From a virus (Duplodnaviria > Heunggongvirae > Uroviricota > Caudoviricetes), in the IMG/VR virus record IMGVR_UViG_3300029732_000280: 64,000 nucleotides of DNA. One strand, given 5' to 3'. Made by a program: the position numbers and the translations under genes. Positions 46,857 through 54,738 of this stretch are shown here, one piece after another. Every line of letters begins with the position of its first letter. Positions within the stretch are counted from its first letter, which is position 1. The notes under the pieces were generated by a model. It did not search any database. It worked only from the letters and a program-made list of their open reading frames with translations, and was not told the origin of the DNA.

Positions 46857-47795
46857 TTATTTGTTCCGCCAGGATGCGTTGCCCTCCATGTTCCGCAGAA
46901 GGATTTCCCTTGCCGTTGCAAATTCATCCCCGATGAATCCCAGCCTCAGCATCCAGCACCGCATCGCATACTTTTCATTGTCGGTCTGCTGGGGCTTTGG
47001 GCTTGCCGTCCTGACCATCTTGGCAAGCTGGCTCATTGCGAGGCAAAGCTGGATATAGGCTTTCATCTCACCGGCGTGCAGTCCGTTGCGCTTTCCGTCC
47101 GCTGGGTCTGCGAATTGGAAAAGGCGGAATTCAATGGTCCCTTTTGTAAAGGTGGCATGGAGGTTCAGCATATGGTACCGGCTTGAATTGTAGTGGGCAT
47201 TCCGGTTTTCCCAGCTGGAACCGTTGCCTTCGTACCAAATGTCTTCCAGCTTGCGCATGGTGGTCGGCTTCTCGCGGTTCAGCCGGTCGAGGAAGCGATG
47301 GTTGACCACCTGGCAATATTGTCCGGTGCGCCCTGCATCGATTCGGATGGCTCTGCCGATCTGCTGTTCGTGCGCCGCCATGATATTCACAAGGTTGCGG
47401 ATGGTCTTTGCGGTGTGGTCGCCTTTGCCGATGTGGATGTGAACCCCGCATCCGCGGCTTGGGCCGCTCTTTGCGCCTGCCTTTCGGAGCAGTCGGATAA
47501 TCTCCTGCAGGGTTTCGATGTCGTCGTAGGTGAGGATCGGGGTGACCAGTTCGCATTTTTCTGCGTCCGGTCCGTAGATGCTCACATCCCTCTGGAATTT
47601 CCAAACCCTGCCCTGTCCATCCTTGCAAGCCCAGCTGTAATATCCGTACTCGCTGGCCGCGTTCCATGCTCTGGTTCCGAAGTACTCGGCGACCTTTCTT
47701 GCCGCTTTTTCTCTGGTGATGTTGTTCATCTCGATCTCAACCCCGATGGTCTGGTTCTTCATGGCTTCAATCTGCTCTCTTGTTTTATCGTTCAT
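46857..47795 (-). CDS. Amidoligase (glutamine-synthetase-like carboxylate-amine ligase fold, Amidoligase_2-like), 312 aa.
   Basis: IGVEIEM (E-x-E strand) and GCGVHIHIGKGD (H-x-H) motifs typical of GS-like/GCS2-like amidoligases. Firmicute-type neighbourhood with AIG2/GGCT-like genes. Start ATG 47795. Confidence 0.55.
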   Translation of the reverse strand: MNDKTREQIEAMKNQTIGVEIEMNNITREKAARKVAEYFGTRAWNAASEYGYYSWACKDGQGRVWKFQRDVSIYGPDAEKCELVTPILTYDDIETLQEIIRLLRKAGAKSGPSRGCGVHIHIGKGDHTAKTIRNLVNIMAAHEQQIGRAIRIDAGRTGQYCQVVNHRFLDRLNREKPTTMRKLEDIWYEGNGSSWENRNAHYNSSRYHMLNLHATFTKGTIEFRLFQFADPADGKRNGLHAGEMKAYIQLCLAMSQLAKMVRTASPKPQQTDNEKYAMRCWMLRLGFIGDEFATAREILLRNMEGNASWRNK

Positions 47796-47880
47796 GGTAT
47801 GTTCTCCTTTGTTTTTTCCTTGTTTTCCCTTTCGGTATGTGCATATTACCGTCATTACCGTCAGGTGCGGATAATAGCAA
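47796..47880 (-). promoter_or_regulatory. Promoter-leader module copy J: TTGCTA...GACGGTAAT GACGGTAATAT (9-bp internal duplication) then the TGCACATACCGAAAGGGAAAAC leader.
   Basis: Seen directly. Confidence 0.55.
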
Positions 47881-48036
47881 GGATATAAAAGAACATATAT
47901 TCGACAAATATAAGGCAGAATGATCGTGTACATTTCTGCAGTTTTTCCGCTTGATAATATACATTTTCAGAGCTAATATCGGTACAATGGAAGAGGGTCT
48001 CGCATATTTTCCGGCCCCCATTGGGGGATTGGGAGC

Positions 48037-49221
48037 TTACGCTCCCGCCTCCAGCATCTGCGCCGTGTCTGCCCCACAATCGGGCTGTGTCGGCTGGTTT
48101 TCTTCCTGTTCGACCGTTTCCCCTGTGGCAGGATCGCCGTTCTGTGCCGCCAGTTTCGCGGCTTTCAGGGCATCCCGTTTTGCCTTTTCCCTTGCAAGGA
48201 ACTTCTGTGCTTCCTCATCCGTGCGGAAAGCCGCATGGCCGGAAAGGTTCTCCATGAGGATCTTGCGTGTCTCTTTGAAATCCGGACCGTTCATCCCCAG
48301 CCGCAGGAGCCATGTGCGGAGTGCGTATTTCTCATTCTCATCGTTGACATCCTTTGCCTGGATGCGCTTCTGGCTGATAGCCTGCTGGTTCATCAGCACC
48401 GCCAGCTGTGCAAAAGCCGTCAGATGTTCGTGGTCCGGTGCAGTCGGGAAGCCGGTAAAGGTGACCTTCTCGGTGGTGATCTTCAGGCCTTCCAGTGCAG
48501 CACCATGTTCAGTCTCATAGTCGCTGACCGCATTGATGAAGTTCATGATGGCAAAGGTGCAGCTATCGTCCTTCAGCTTCTCGACCAGCCCCTCTTCCAC
48601 ATGGAAGTGTCCTCCAGTCGCCTTGCCGATGAGCTTGCCGCGGCTGTAAAGAAGGTTGACCAGGTTGCGGAGTGTCACACCGTTGTGCTGGCTGACCGGG
48701 AATGCAAGTTCCAAGTCCAGCGGCACCTCTTCCGGCTGATCTTCTGTCTCCTGCGATTCTGCATCCGGCTCATCCTCTATGGTATCATCCTCAGCCGTAT
48801 TGTCCGGCTCCAATGCATCCTCGGCTCCTGCTTCCGCAGGTTCATCTTCTGCGGTATCTGCATCTTCGGATTCCTGCTCGTCCAGAACCTCCAGCTCTGC
48901 TTCGGGCATCTGCTCAGTTTCCGCTTCGGTCACAGGCTCCTCATCCATATCCGCTGTCAGCTCTGTGTCCTCCGGCTGGTCATCCGTGCTCTCAATACTC
49001 TCGCCGCCGCGGATCAGTCCCTCATTCAGCAGGGTCGTCAGCAGCTCGGCATCTGCATTCTCCGGCTCGACCAGAAGGTTGCCATTCCGGTCGATGGTGT
49101 AGCTCCCGATGTCGTAAGAATACAGAGGTGCTTTGGTATAGTAAGGGTGGATGCCGGTCAGCTCCTCCATGCGTTTTGCGAGGGTCTTTCTCTCGGCTAC
49201 GTTCAGTTTAAATTTCAACAT
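48037..49221 (-). CDS. Hypothetical 394-aa protein: unknown N-terminal domain, a ~100-aa poly-acidic linker, and a C-terminal region homologous to the amidoligase C-terminus.
   Basis: NDENEKYALRTWLLRLGMNGPDFKETRKILMENL here, compared with TDNEKYAMRCWMLRLGFIGDEFATAREILLRNM in the amidoligase. Preceded by module copy K. Confidence 0.5.
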   Translation of the reverse strand: MLKFKLNVAERKTLAKRMEELTGIHPYYTKAPLYSYDIGSYTIDRNGNLLVEPENADAELLTTLLNEGLIRGGESIESTDDQPEDTELTADMDEEPVTEAETEQMPEAELEVLDEQESEDADTAEDEPAEAGAEDALEPDNTAEDDTIEDEPDAESQETEDQPEEVPLDLELAFPVSQHNGVTLRNLVNLLYSRGKLIGKATGGHFHVEEGLVEKLKDDSCTFAIMNFINAVSDYETEHGAALEGLKITTEKVTFTGFPTAPDHEHLTAFAQLAVLMNQQAISQKRIQAKDVNDENEKYALRTWLLRLGMNGPDFKETRKILMENLSGHAAFRTDEEAQKFLAREKAKRDALKAAKLAAQNGDPATGETVEQEENQPTQPDCGADTAQMLEAGA

Positions 49222-49312
49222 AATTCATCGCTCCTTTTCGTTCATTTGTTTTTGTGCATCCCGATGTTCTTTTCGGTAGCACATATATCACTCTAAAACG
49301 GATGAATAGCAA
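49222..49312 (-). promoter_or_regulatory. Promoter-leader module copy K, diverged: TTGCTA-N17-GATATAT then TGTGCTACCGAAAAGAACA...AAAGGAG.
   Basis: Seen directly. Confidence 0.5.
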
Positions 49313-49444
49313 GGCCATTTCCCGATATTCTTCATGTTCGACCATTTACACAAGGGACCGCAAAATCTGTTGTGTAAATAGGACCAATATGTAAGCCCAC
49401 CATATCAACAGGTCGCTTTCTACCTAGTAATATAGCGGGCCAGT

Positions 49445-51694
49445 TTATTCTTCCAGACCTGCACACCACGCGATGCCGGCCAGAACAAAGAATGCGTTGG
49501 CTAAGCAAATGCCGTTGCCCCAGATACGGTACTCTGCCGAATCCGTATATGGGTCAGCCAGCCATTTCCGGATCTGCTTCTCCGTCTTCGGCTTCTTGGC
49601 ATGGGTCACGATCTTACGGTGTGTTTCAAACACATCCGCCCAGAACGCCAGATCTTCCTCGGTTGGGTTTTCCGTTCCGAGATCTCTGCACCACCAGTCA
49701 GGGAATCCCTGCAGTCTGGCACACTCGGTCGGTGTCAAACGGCGGACGGTATAGGTCACAGGTGCGGGCTGTGCTTCCGGATTGTCGATGACCAGACGGT
49801 CATTGAAGGCATCCTGCCCGTTGAAGCCGCTGGGATGTGCCCCGGTTACCACGGTTCCCATGACACCCTCGTTCAGATGCGGCACCGGTGCGATAGTGGT
49901 TGGGTCTTTGTAGTCCCGTGCCATCAGGGTCGGTGCGACTTCTTTTGCCACCTGCATATAGGAGCCGGTGGTCATGGCATACACATCCTCCGGTGCGCAG
50001 ACTGCATGGCGGTCAGTGGCATCCAGTGTAAAGCAGACATCCTCATTGACGCCATCCCCCTGCGGACCGTTCTCATCCTTGCGGCCGATCATGTTGCCCT
50101 GCAGGACGAAGGTCTGCATCTGGTCACTCCGGGTCGCCATCAAAGCGCCGGATTTGCCATGCAGATCGATCAGCTCATTGCGCTGGTTCACATGGAACGC
50201 AGTCATCTCTTCCGGCTGTGCCACAAAGGTCTGCTGCTTCATCCCCGGCTCTGCTGCCAGTGCCGCTGACTTCTCTCCCAGATCCCTGACTTCATCCCTC
50301 TGATTCTGGGTAAAGGCGACCGGCTCTACCACACAGATGCCGCCCTGATTGCAGGTCGGGTCACCACCGCTGCGGTCCAGTGTCCGGGAGGTCTCCGCTT
50401 CATAGAAACCGCTATGCGGATTGTCGGACATCATGGAGTGGCTGGCTTTGGAGCAGACACCATAGCATTTCGGAACGAACAGTGTCTGGTCGTTATTGCA
50501 GCCGAGTGTGGCAGATTTTTCTTCCTGCCAAATGGCTCCCTTGCCGCCACCCTCGCAACCGGAACGGATCTTCAGCGTGACTGCCGGGGAGTTTTCAACT
50601 TCTTTCACCGGACTTTCCACTGAATTTTCAACAGCGTCTATGACCATCGGGACATTACCGCCACCTGTACCGCACCGGCTTGTCAGTGTCTGCACCTTAC
50701 CATCCTCGGAAATCTTCACCCGGCTGTCAGCAGGATGATTTTCCAGTGCGATGGCGGCAGGCACAACACCAGCCCGGAGGGTCGGTGAGCGTTCCTCCTC
50801 GTATCCGATGCTTCTGGCATCTGCCGAATGCTCGGTACAGAAACCGGCAGCTTCTAGAACACACGGCTGATGTCCATGCTCCTCTGCCCGGAGGGTACCG
50901 GTCACATCCTGGGAAACATCCATCTGCTTACCGCCCTGGTCGTTCAGACAGATCCGCCCTCCTGCTCCGCTGAAGCCTGCCTCTCCAGTGCCGCTTTCAG
51001 CACCGGCGGCAGCTCTTTGCCACGCATGGAAGCCCTCCGCAGAATACCGAGACACGCCTTCGGACTCAAATAGTACCTTTGGGGCACTCTGGTCTGCAAA
51101 ATCTGCGACAAGGTAGATACGTTTTCTTCTTTGGGGAACGCCCCACCATTGTGCATCAAGAACTCGATACGCGACGCTCCATCCGTCTCCCACGTAGTAG
51201 TCAGCGTCGGGCCATCCTTTCTTCTCAGGCGCAGGCACCGAGGCGGACGGTTCTTTAACACCGATGACTGCTTCGAGGACTGCTTTGAAGTCCTGCCCTT
51301 TGTTTGAGGAGAAGGCCCCTGGCACATTCTCCCACACGATAAATCTTGGTTTTTCTCCATTGGTCTTACACCTCATTTCTTTCACGATTCGGATTGCTTC
51401 GTAAAACAGACTGGACCGTGAACCATCCAGACCGTCCCGCTTACCGGCGATGGACATATCCTGACAGGGACTGCCAAAGGTGATGATGTCCACAGGCGGC
51501 AGGTCTGCGCCGCTGATGGCGGATACATCTCCGTAGTGCCTCACCTGTGGCAGACGTTTGGTCGTGACCCGGATGGCAAAGGGCTCGATCTCGCTGCTCC
51601 ACAGCGGAGTGATCTGCCCGGTCAACAGACCGCCCAATGGAAAACCCCCGGAGCCATCAAAGAGGCTGCCGAGGGTCAACTGTTTATTCTCCAT
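49445..51694 (-). CDS. DNA (cytosine-5)-methyltransferase, 749 aa, with an unusually long variable region (multispecific-like).
   Basis: Motif I LFDGSGGF, motif IV GSPCQDMS, motif VI FIVWENVPG, motif VIII QRRKRIYLV, C-terminal RLQGFPDWW. About 450 aa lie between motifs VIII and IX. Confidence 0.9.
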   Translation of the reverse strand: MENKQLTLGSLFDGSGGFPLGGLLTGQITPLWSSEIEPFAIRVTTKRLPQVRHYGDVSAISGADLPPVDIITFGSPCQDMSIAGKRDGLDGSRSSLFYEAIRIVKEMRCKTNGEKPRFIVWENVPGAFSSNKGQDFKAVLEAVIGVKEPSASVPAPEKKGWPDADYYVGDGWSVAYRVLDAQWWGVPQRRKRIYLVADFADQSAPKVLFESEGVSRYSAEGFHAWQRAAAGAESGTGEAGFSGAGGRICLNDQGGKQMDVSQDVTGTLRAEEHGHQPCVLEAAGFCTEHSADARSIGYEEERSPTLRAGVVPAAIALENHPADSRVKISEDGKVQTLTSRCGTGGGNVPMVIDAVENSVESPVKEVENSPAVTLKIRSGCEGGGKGAIWQEEKSATLGCNNDQTLFVPKCYGVCSKASHSMMSDNPHSGFYEAETSRTLDRSGGDPTCNQGGICVVEPVAFTQNQRDEVRDLGEKSAALAAEPGMKQQTFVAQPEEMTAFHVNQRNELIDLHGKSGALMATRSDQMQTFVLQGNMIGRKDENGPQGDGVNEDVCFTLDATDRHAVCAPEDVYAMTTGSYMQVAKEVAPTLMARDYKDPTTIAPVPHLNEGVMGTVVTGAHPSGFNGQDAFNDRLVIDNPEAQPAPVTYTVRRLTPTECARLQGFPDWWCRDLGTENPTEEDLAFWADVFETHRKIVTHAKKPKTEKQIRKWLADPYTDSAEYRIWGNGICLANAFFVLAGIAWCAGLEE

Positions 51695-52955
51695 CAGCGA
51701 CCTCCCTTTCCGGCTCGAAGGTTGCCACTTCCTCGAACTTCAGCTTCTGGCCGTCACGGACAACAAACACATCATCGTAGTGACCATCGCTGTGTTCGAT
51801 GTACCGCTTCACAATCACATCCACGAACTTCGGGTCCAGCTCGATACCCCGGCACACACGGTCGGTCTCTTCACAGGCGATCAGGGTCGAGCCGCTGCCG
51901 AGGAACGGATCGAGGACGATGCCGTTGGTCATAGTGGAATTGCGGATCGGATAGCTCATCAGGCCAATGGGCTTCATGGTCGGGTGGTCCTTGTTGGACT
52001 TCGGCCGGTCATACTCCCATATGGTCGTCTGCTTCCGGTCGGAATACCACTGGTGCTTCCCCTTTTGCTTCCAGCCGTAAAGACACGGTTCGTGCTGCCA
52101 CTGGTAAGGACTGCGGCCCAGCACCAGCGCATTCTTCTTCCAGATACAGCACCCGGACAGGTAGAACCCTGCATCCTTGAATGCCTTTCTAAAGTTCAGC
52201 CCTTCCGTATCTGCATGGAAGATGTAGATGGAGCCGTCGTCTGCAAGATGGCCGTACATCTGCTGGAAAGCTGCCAGAAGGAACTGGTAGAATTCCGAAT
52301 CGCCCATGTTGTCATTCATGATCTTACCGGCAGTCTCTTCCACATCCACGTTATAAGGGGGATCGGAAAGGACCAGATTTGCCTTGGTTCCGTCCATCAG
52401 GGTGTCGTAGCATTCTGCTTTGGTGGAATCCCCGCACAGAACGATGTGCTTTCCCAGATGCCAGAGGTCACCATCTTTGGAGAAGCATGGCTGCTTCAGC
52501 TCGGATTCCACATCGAAGTCATCTTCCTTGACCTCTTTGCTGTGGACTTTGTTGAACAGCGTCTCAATCTCCGGCGGCTCAAAGCCGGTCTTACCAAGGT
52601 CGAAGTTGGAATCCTCGATGTCCTTCAAAAGATCAGCCAGCAGAGAATCATCCCATGCACCCGTAATCTTATTGAGCGCAATGTTCAGGGCTTTCTCCCT
52701 GGTCTTGTCGATGTCCACCACCGCACAAGGCACTTCGGTGTAGCCCAGCTCCATCGCTACGGTCAGTCTCTGGTGGCCGCCGATGATCGTCATATCGGCA
52801 TTGACCACCAAAGGATCTGCGAACCCGAACTCCGTGATGGAGTTCTTGATCTTCTCGTACTCTTTATCCCCCGGCTTCAGCTTTTTCCGGGGATTGTATG
52901 CGGCCGGCTTGAGTACGGACACCGGCAGCATCTTCAGTTCAGCAGTCGCTTTCAT
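51684..52955 (-). CDS. ParB-like N-terminal nuclease domain fused to a DPPY-class (N6-adenine/N4-cytosine) DNA methyltransferase.
   Basis: IIGGHQRLTVAMELG is a ParB/Srx motif. VLSDPPYNV is MTase motif IV. FLGSGSTLIA is the AdoMet-binding motif. Confidence 0.85.
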   Translation of the reverse strand: MKATAELKMLPVSVLKPAAYNPRKKLKPGDKEYEKIKNSITEFGFADPLVVNADMTIIGGHQRLTVAMELGYTEVPCAVVDIDKTREKALNIALNKITGAWDDSLLADLLKDIEDSNFDLGKTGFEPPEIETLFNKVHSKEVKEDDFDVESELKQPCFSKDGDLWHLGKHIVLCGDSTKAECYDTLMDGTKANLVLSDPPYNVDVEETAGKIMNDNMGDSEFYQFLLAAFQQMYGHLADDGSIYIFHADTEGLNFRKAFKDAGFYLSGCCIWKKNALVLGRSPYQWQHEPCLYGWKQKGKHQWYSDRKQTTIWEYDRPKSNKDHPTMKPIGLMSYPIRNSTMTNGIVLDPFLGSGSTLIACEETDRVCRGIELDPKFVDVIVKRYIEHSDGHYDDVFVVRDGQKLKFEEVATFEPEREVADGE

Positions 52956-52976
52956 GTAAGCCCTCCTAATTCAGAT

Positions 52977-53201
52977 TCACATGCGCATGACCCCGGAGAA
53001 CGGCACGAAAAAGGAGCCGAACAAAAAGCCCGACTCCATCTCATCTCCATCTTCCTGCGGCTGTTCAGCCATCTCGCACCATTCCGGGTTTTCCCCGTTC
53101 ACGGATGCCAGGACCTTATCTTCCGCATCGTCAATCGCATGTACACAGATACCCCCGGTGTTGAACATCGGAAACACACCGATAATCTTACTCACCCTCA
53201 T
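52977..53201 (-). CDS. Hypothetical small acidic protein (74 aa).
   Basis: ORF only. Compact operon context. Confidence 0.3.
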   Translation of the reverse strand: MRVSKIIGVFPMFNTGGICVHAIDDAEDKVLASVNGENPEWCEMAEQPQEDGDEMESGFLFGSFFVPFSGVMRM

Positions 53202-53688
53202 CCACTCCCTTCATCCCGTATCGATAATCCCAGTAACAATTCAGACTGCAGAACTTCCGCTGCCGTTTTCCTTCATCTACGGCATGGAACTCCCTTCCAC
53301 AGTTTTTACAGACCGCGATCCGAAAAGGCTTATGCTGCCTGTAATATTCCTCCCGGCAATCAGGAGAACAGAACCGTCTCCGACCACTGTTCCCTCTCTG
53401 TACGAGAATGCGTCCGCAAACCGGACAGCGCCGTTCCCCCGACCCATCCGGTGGCTGTAACTGGCAGCTCCCCGTTTCCGGCAGACCCAGTTCCCGGCAG
53501 TAATCTGTGACCTGTTCCAAAGAAAGCCCTGTGTTTTCTGCGATCTCCACACATTCAAACCCTGCAAGCCGCTGGCTTCGGACTTCTTCTCTCTCCGGGC
53601 GGTACTCATAGCCCTCAAACACACAGTCCAGCCGGACACCGTTCTTTACCACATCACGTTCTATGTTCAGCGGTTCTTCCATTTGCAT
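53188..53688 (-). CDS. Hypothetical Cys-rich protein with repeated RRFCSxxC / RKFCSxxC zinc-ribbon-like motifs.
   Basis: Start ATG 53688 with RBS GGAAGGAGGG. Paralogous motifs shared with 53654..53974. Confidence 0.45.
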   Translation of the reverse strand: MQMEEPLNIERDVVKNGVRLDCVFEGYEYRPEREEVRSQRLAGFECVEIAENTGLSLEQVTDYCRELGLPETGSCQLQPPDGSGERRCPVCGRILVQRGNSGRRRFCSPDCREEYYRQHKPFRIAVCKNCGREFHAVDEGKRQRKFCSLNCYWDYRYGMKGVDEGE

Positions 53689-53974
53689 CGCCCTCCTTCC
53701 AGCGTCCTTTGTTTGCACAGGCACGGCTGCAATATTTCCGTTCCAGACCATACTGGTGCCGGTAGGAAAACTCCCTGCCGCACACCGGGCAGATCTTCGA
53801 CCGCACGGTCTTCCAGTTCTCCGGCTTTGGATGGGTGTTGTTCCACCGTGACCGGCATTCCGGTGAGCAGAACTTCCGTGGTCTGCCTTTATGGTTTGGT
53901 ACGATTGCCGTACCGCACTGAGGGCAGAAGGAAAAAGCCATGTCCCTGATCATCTCAGCCGTGTAATCTTCCAT
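53654..53974 (-). CDS. Hypothetical Cys-rich protein (106 aa), paralog of the preceding gene (RKFCSPEC, RKYCSRAC).
   Basis: ATG with RBS GAGGTGAGGG. Confidence 0.45.
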   Translation of the reverse strand: MEDYTAEMIRDMAFSFCPQCGTAIVPNHKGRPRKFCSPECRSRWNNTHPKPENWKTVRSKICPVCGREFSYRHQYGLERKYCSRACANKGRWKEGDANGRTAEHRT

Positions 53975-54375
53975 CTGCCCTCACCTCACTCTCATTTTTC
54001 GCCGTTTCTTCGGCGGTTTCTTAGAAAAATTTCAAAATACATACGAAAAGCAGCGAAGTTGAAATCGGCACTGCCCCGCCAGGTTGGATCGTTGTTGCGA
54101 CGGCCGATTCCCGCTCGCCCCTGCTCCTCCCGGAACAAGCTAAAATGTGCGAAAGCTCCCTGTTTACGAGAGGTTTCACACACATTGGTTCATTTCGGGG
54201 AAAAAGAATGGCACCGGAACCGAAGCTCCGATGCCTGTACATTTTCCTGTTTCATTTTGCGCCGTTAATCCTCTGACCCCCGGCCTATCAATTTTGCGGT
54301 TTTTCACAGAAAAGGGCGCACCGGTCTCCGTGTGACTTCACTGTAGAGAAGTGACCCCGGCCCCGGTGGGGGGTG

Positions 54376-54735
54376 TCAGTAGGTGTAGGTCGGGTTGATG
54401 TCCTCGGTCAGCGTCTTCTTATCGTGGCAGTTCTTGCAGAGAGCCTGCCAGTTGTTCTGGTCCCAGAAAAGTTTCTGGTCACCACGGTGCGGAATGATGT
54501 GATCCACCACCGTTGCCCGGACGTACTTACCCTGCTTGGCGCACTGCACACAGAGCGGATGAGCTTCGAGATATGACTTTCGGGCTTTCTGCCACCGCCT
54601 GTTGTATCCACGCTTCGCCGCCGGGCGGGTTACTTCCGGGTGGAGAAGCAGGTGCTTCTCACAGTAGAGCCGGCCGGCTTCCACCAGCTCCGGGCAGCCG
54701 GGATGATGGCACGGTGTCTTTGGTCTGTACGGCAT
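54376..54735 (-). CDS. HNH endonuclease.
   Basis: CxxC...H-N-H arrangement (CEKHLL...VDHIIPHRGD...CKNCHDKKT). Confidence 0.8.
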   Translation of the reverse strand: MPYRPKTPCHHPGCPELVEAGRLYCEKHLLLHPEVTRPAAKRGYNRRWQKARKSYLEAHPLCVQCAKQGKYVRATVVDHIIPHRGDQKLFWDQNNWQALCKNCHDKKTLTEDINPTYTY

Positions 54736-54738
54736 GGG

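Noticed and set aside
51558-53510. 650-aa plus-strand ORF overlapping the methyltransferase genes.
   Set aside because: It is antisense to two genes carrying unambiguous methyltransferase motifs, and it has no RBS. It is an artefact of high-GC codon bias.
53975-54375. Possible tRNA in the non-coding gap (GGCCGATTCC resembles a T-loop).
   Set aside because: I could not assemble an acceptor, D or anticodon cloverleaf around it. It remains unconfirmed without tRNAscan.
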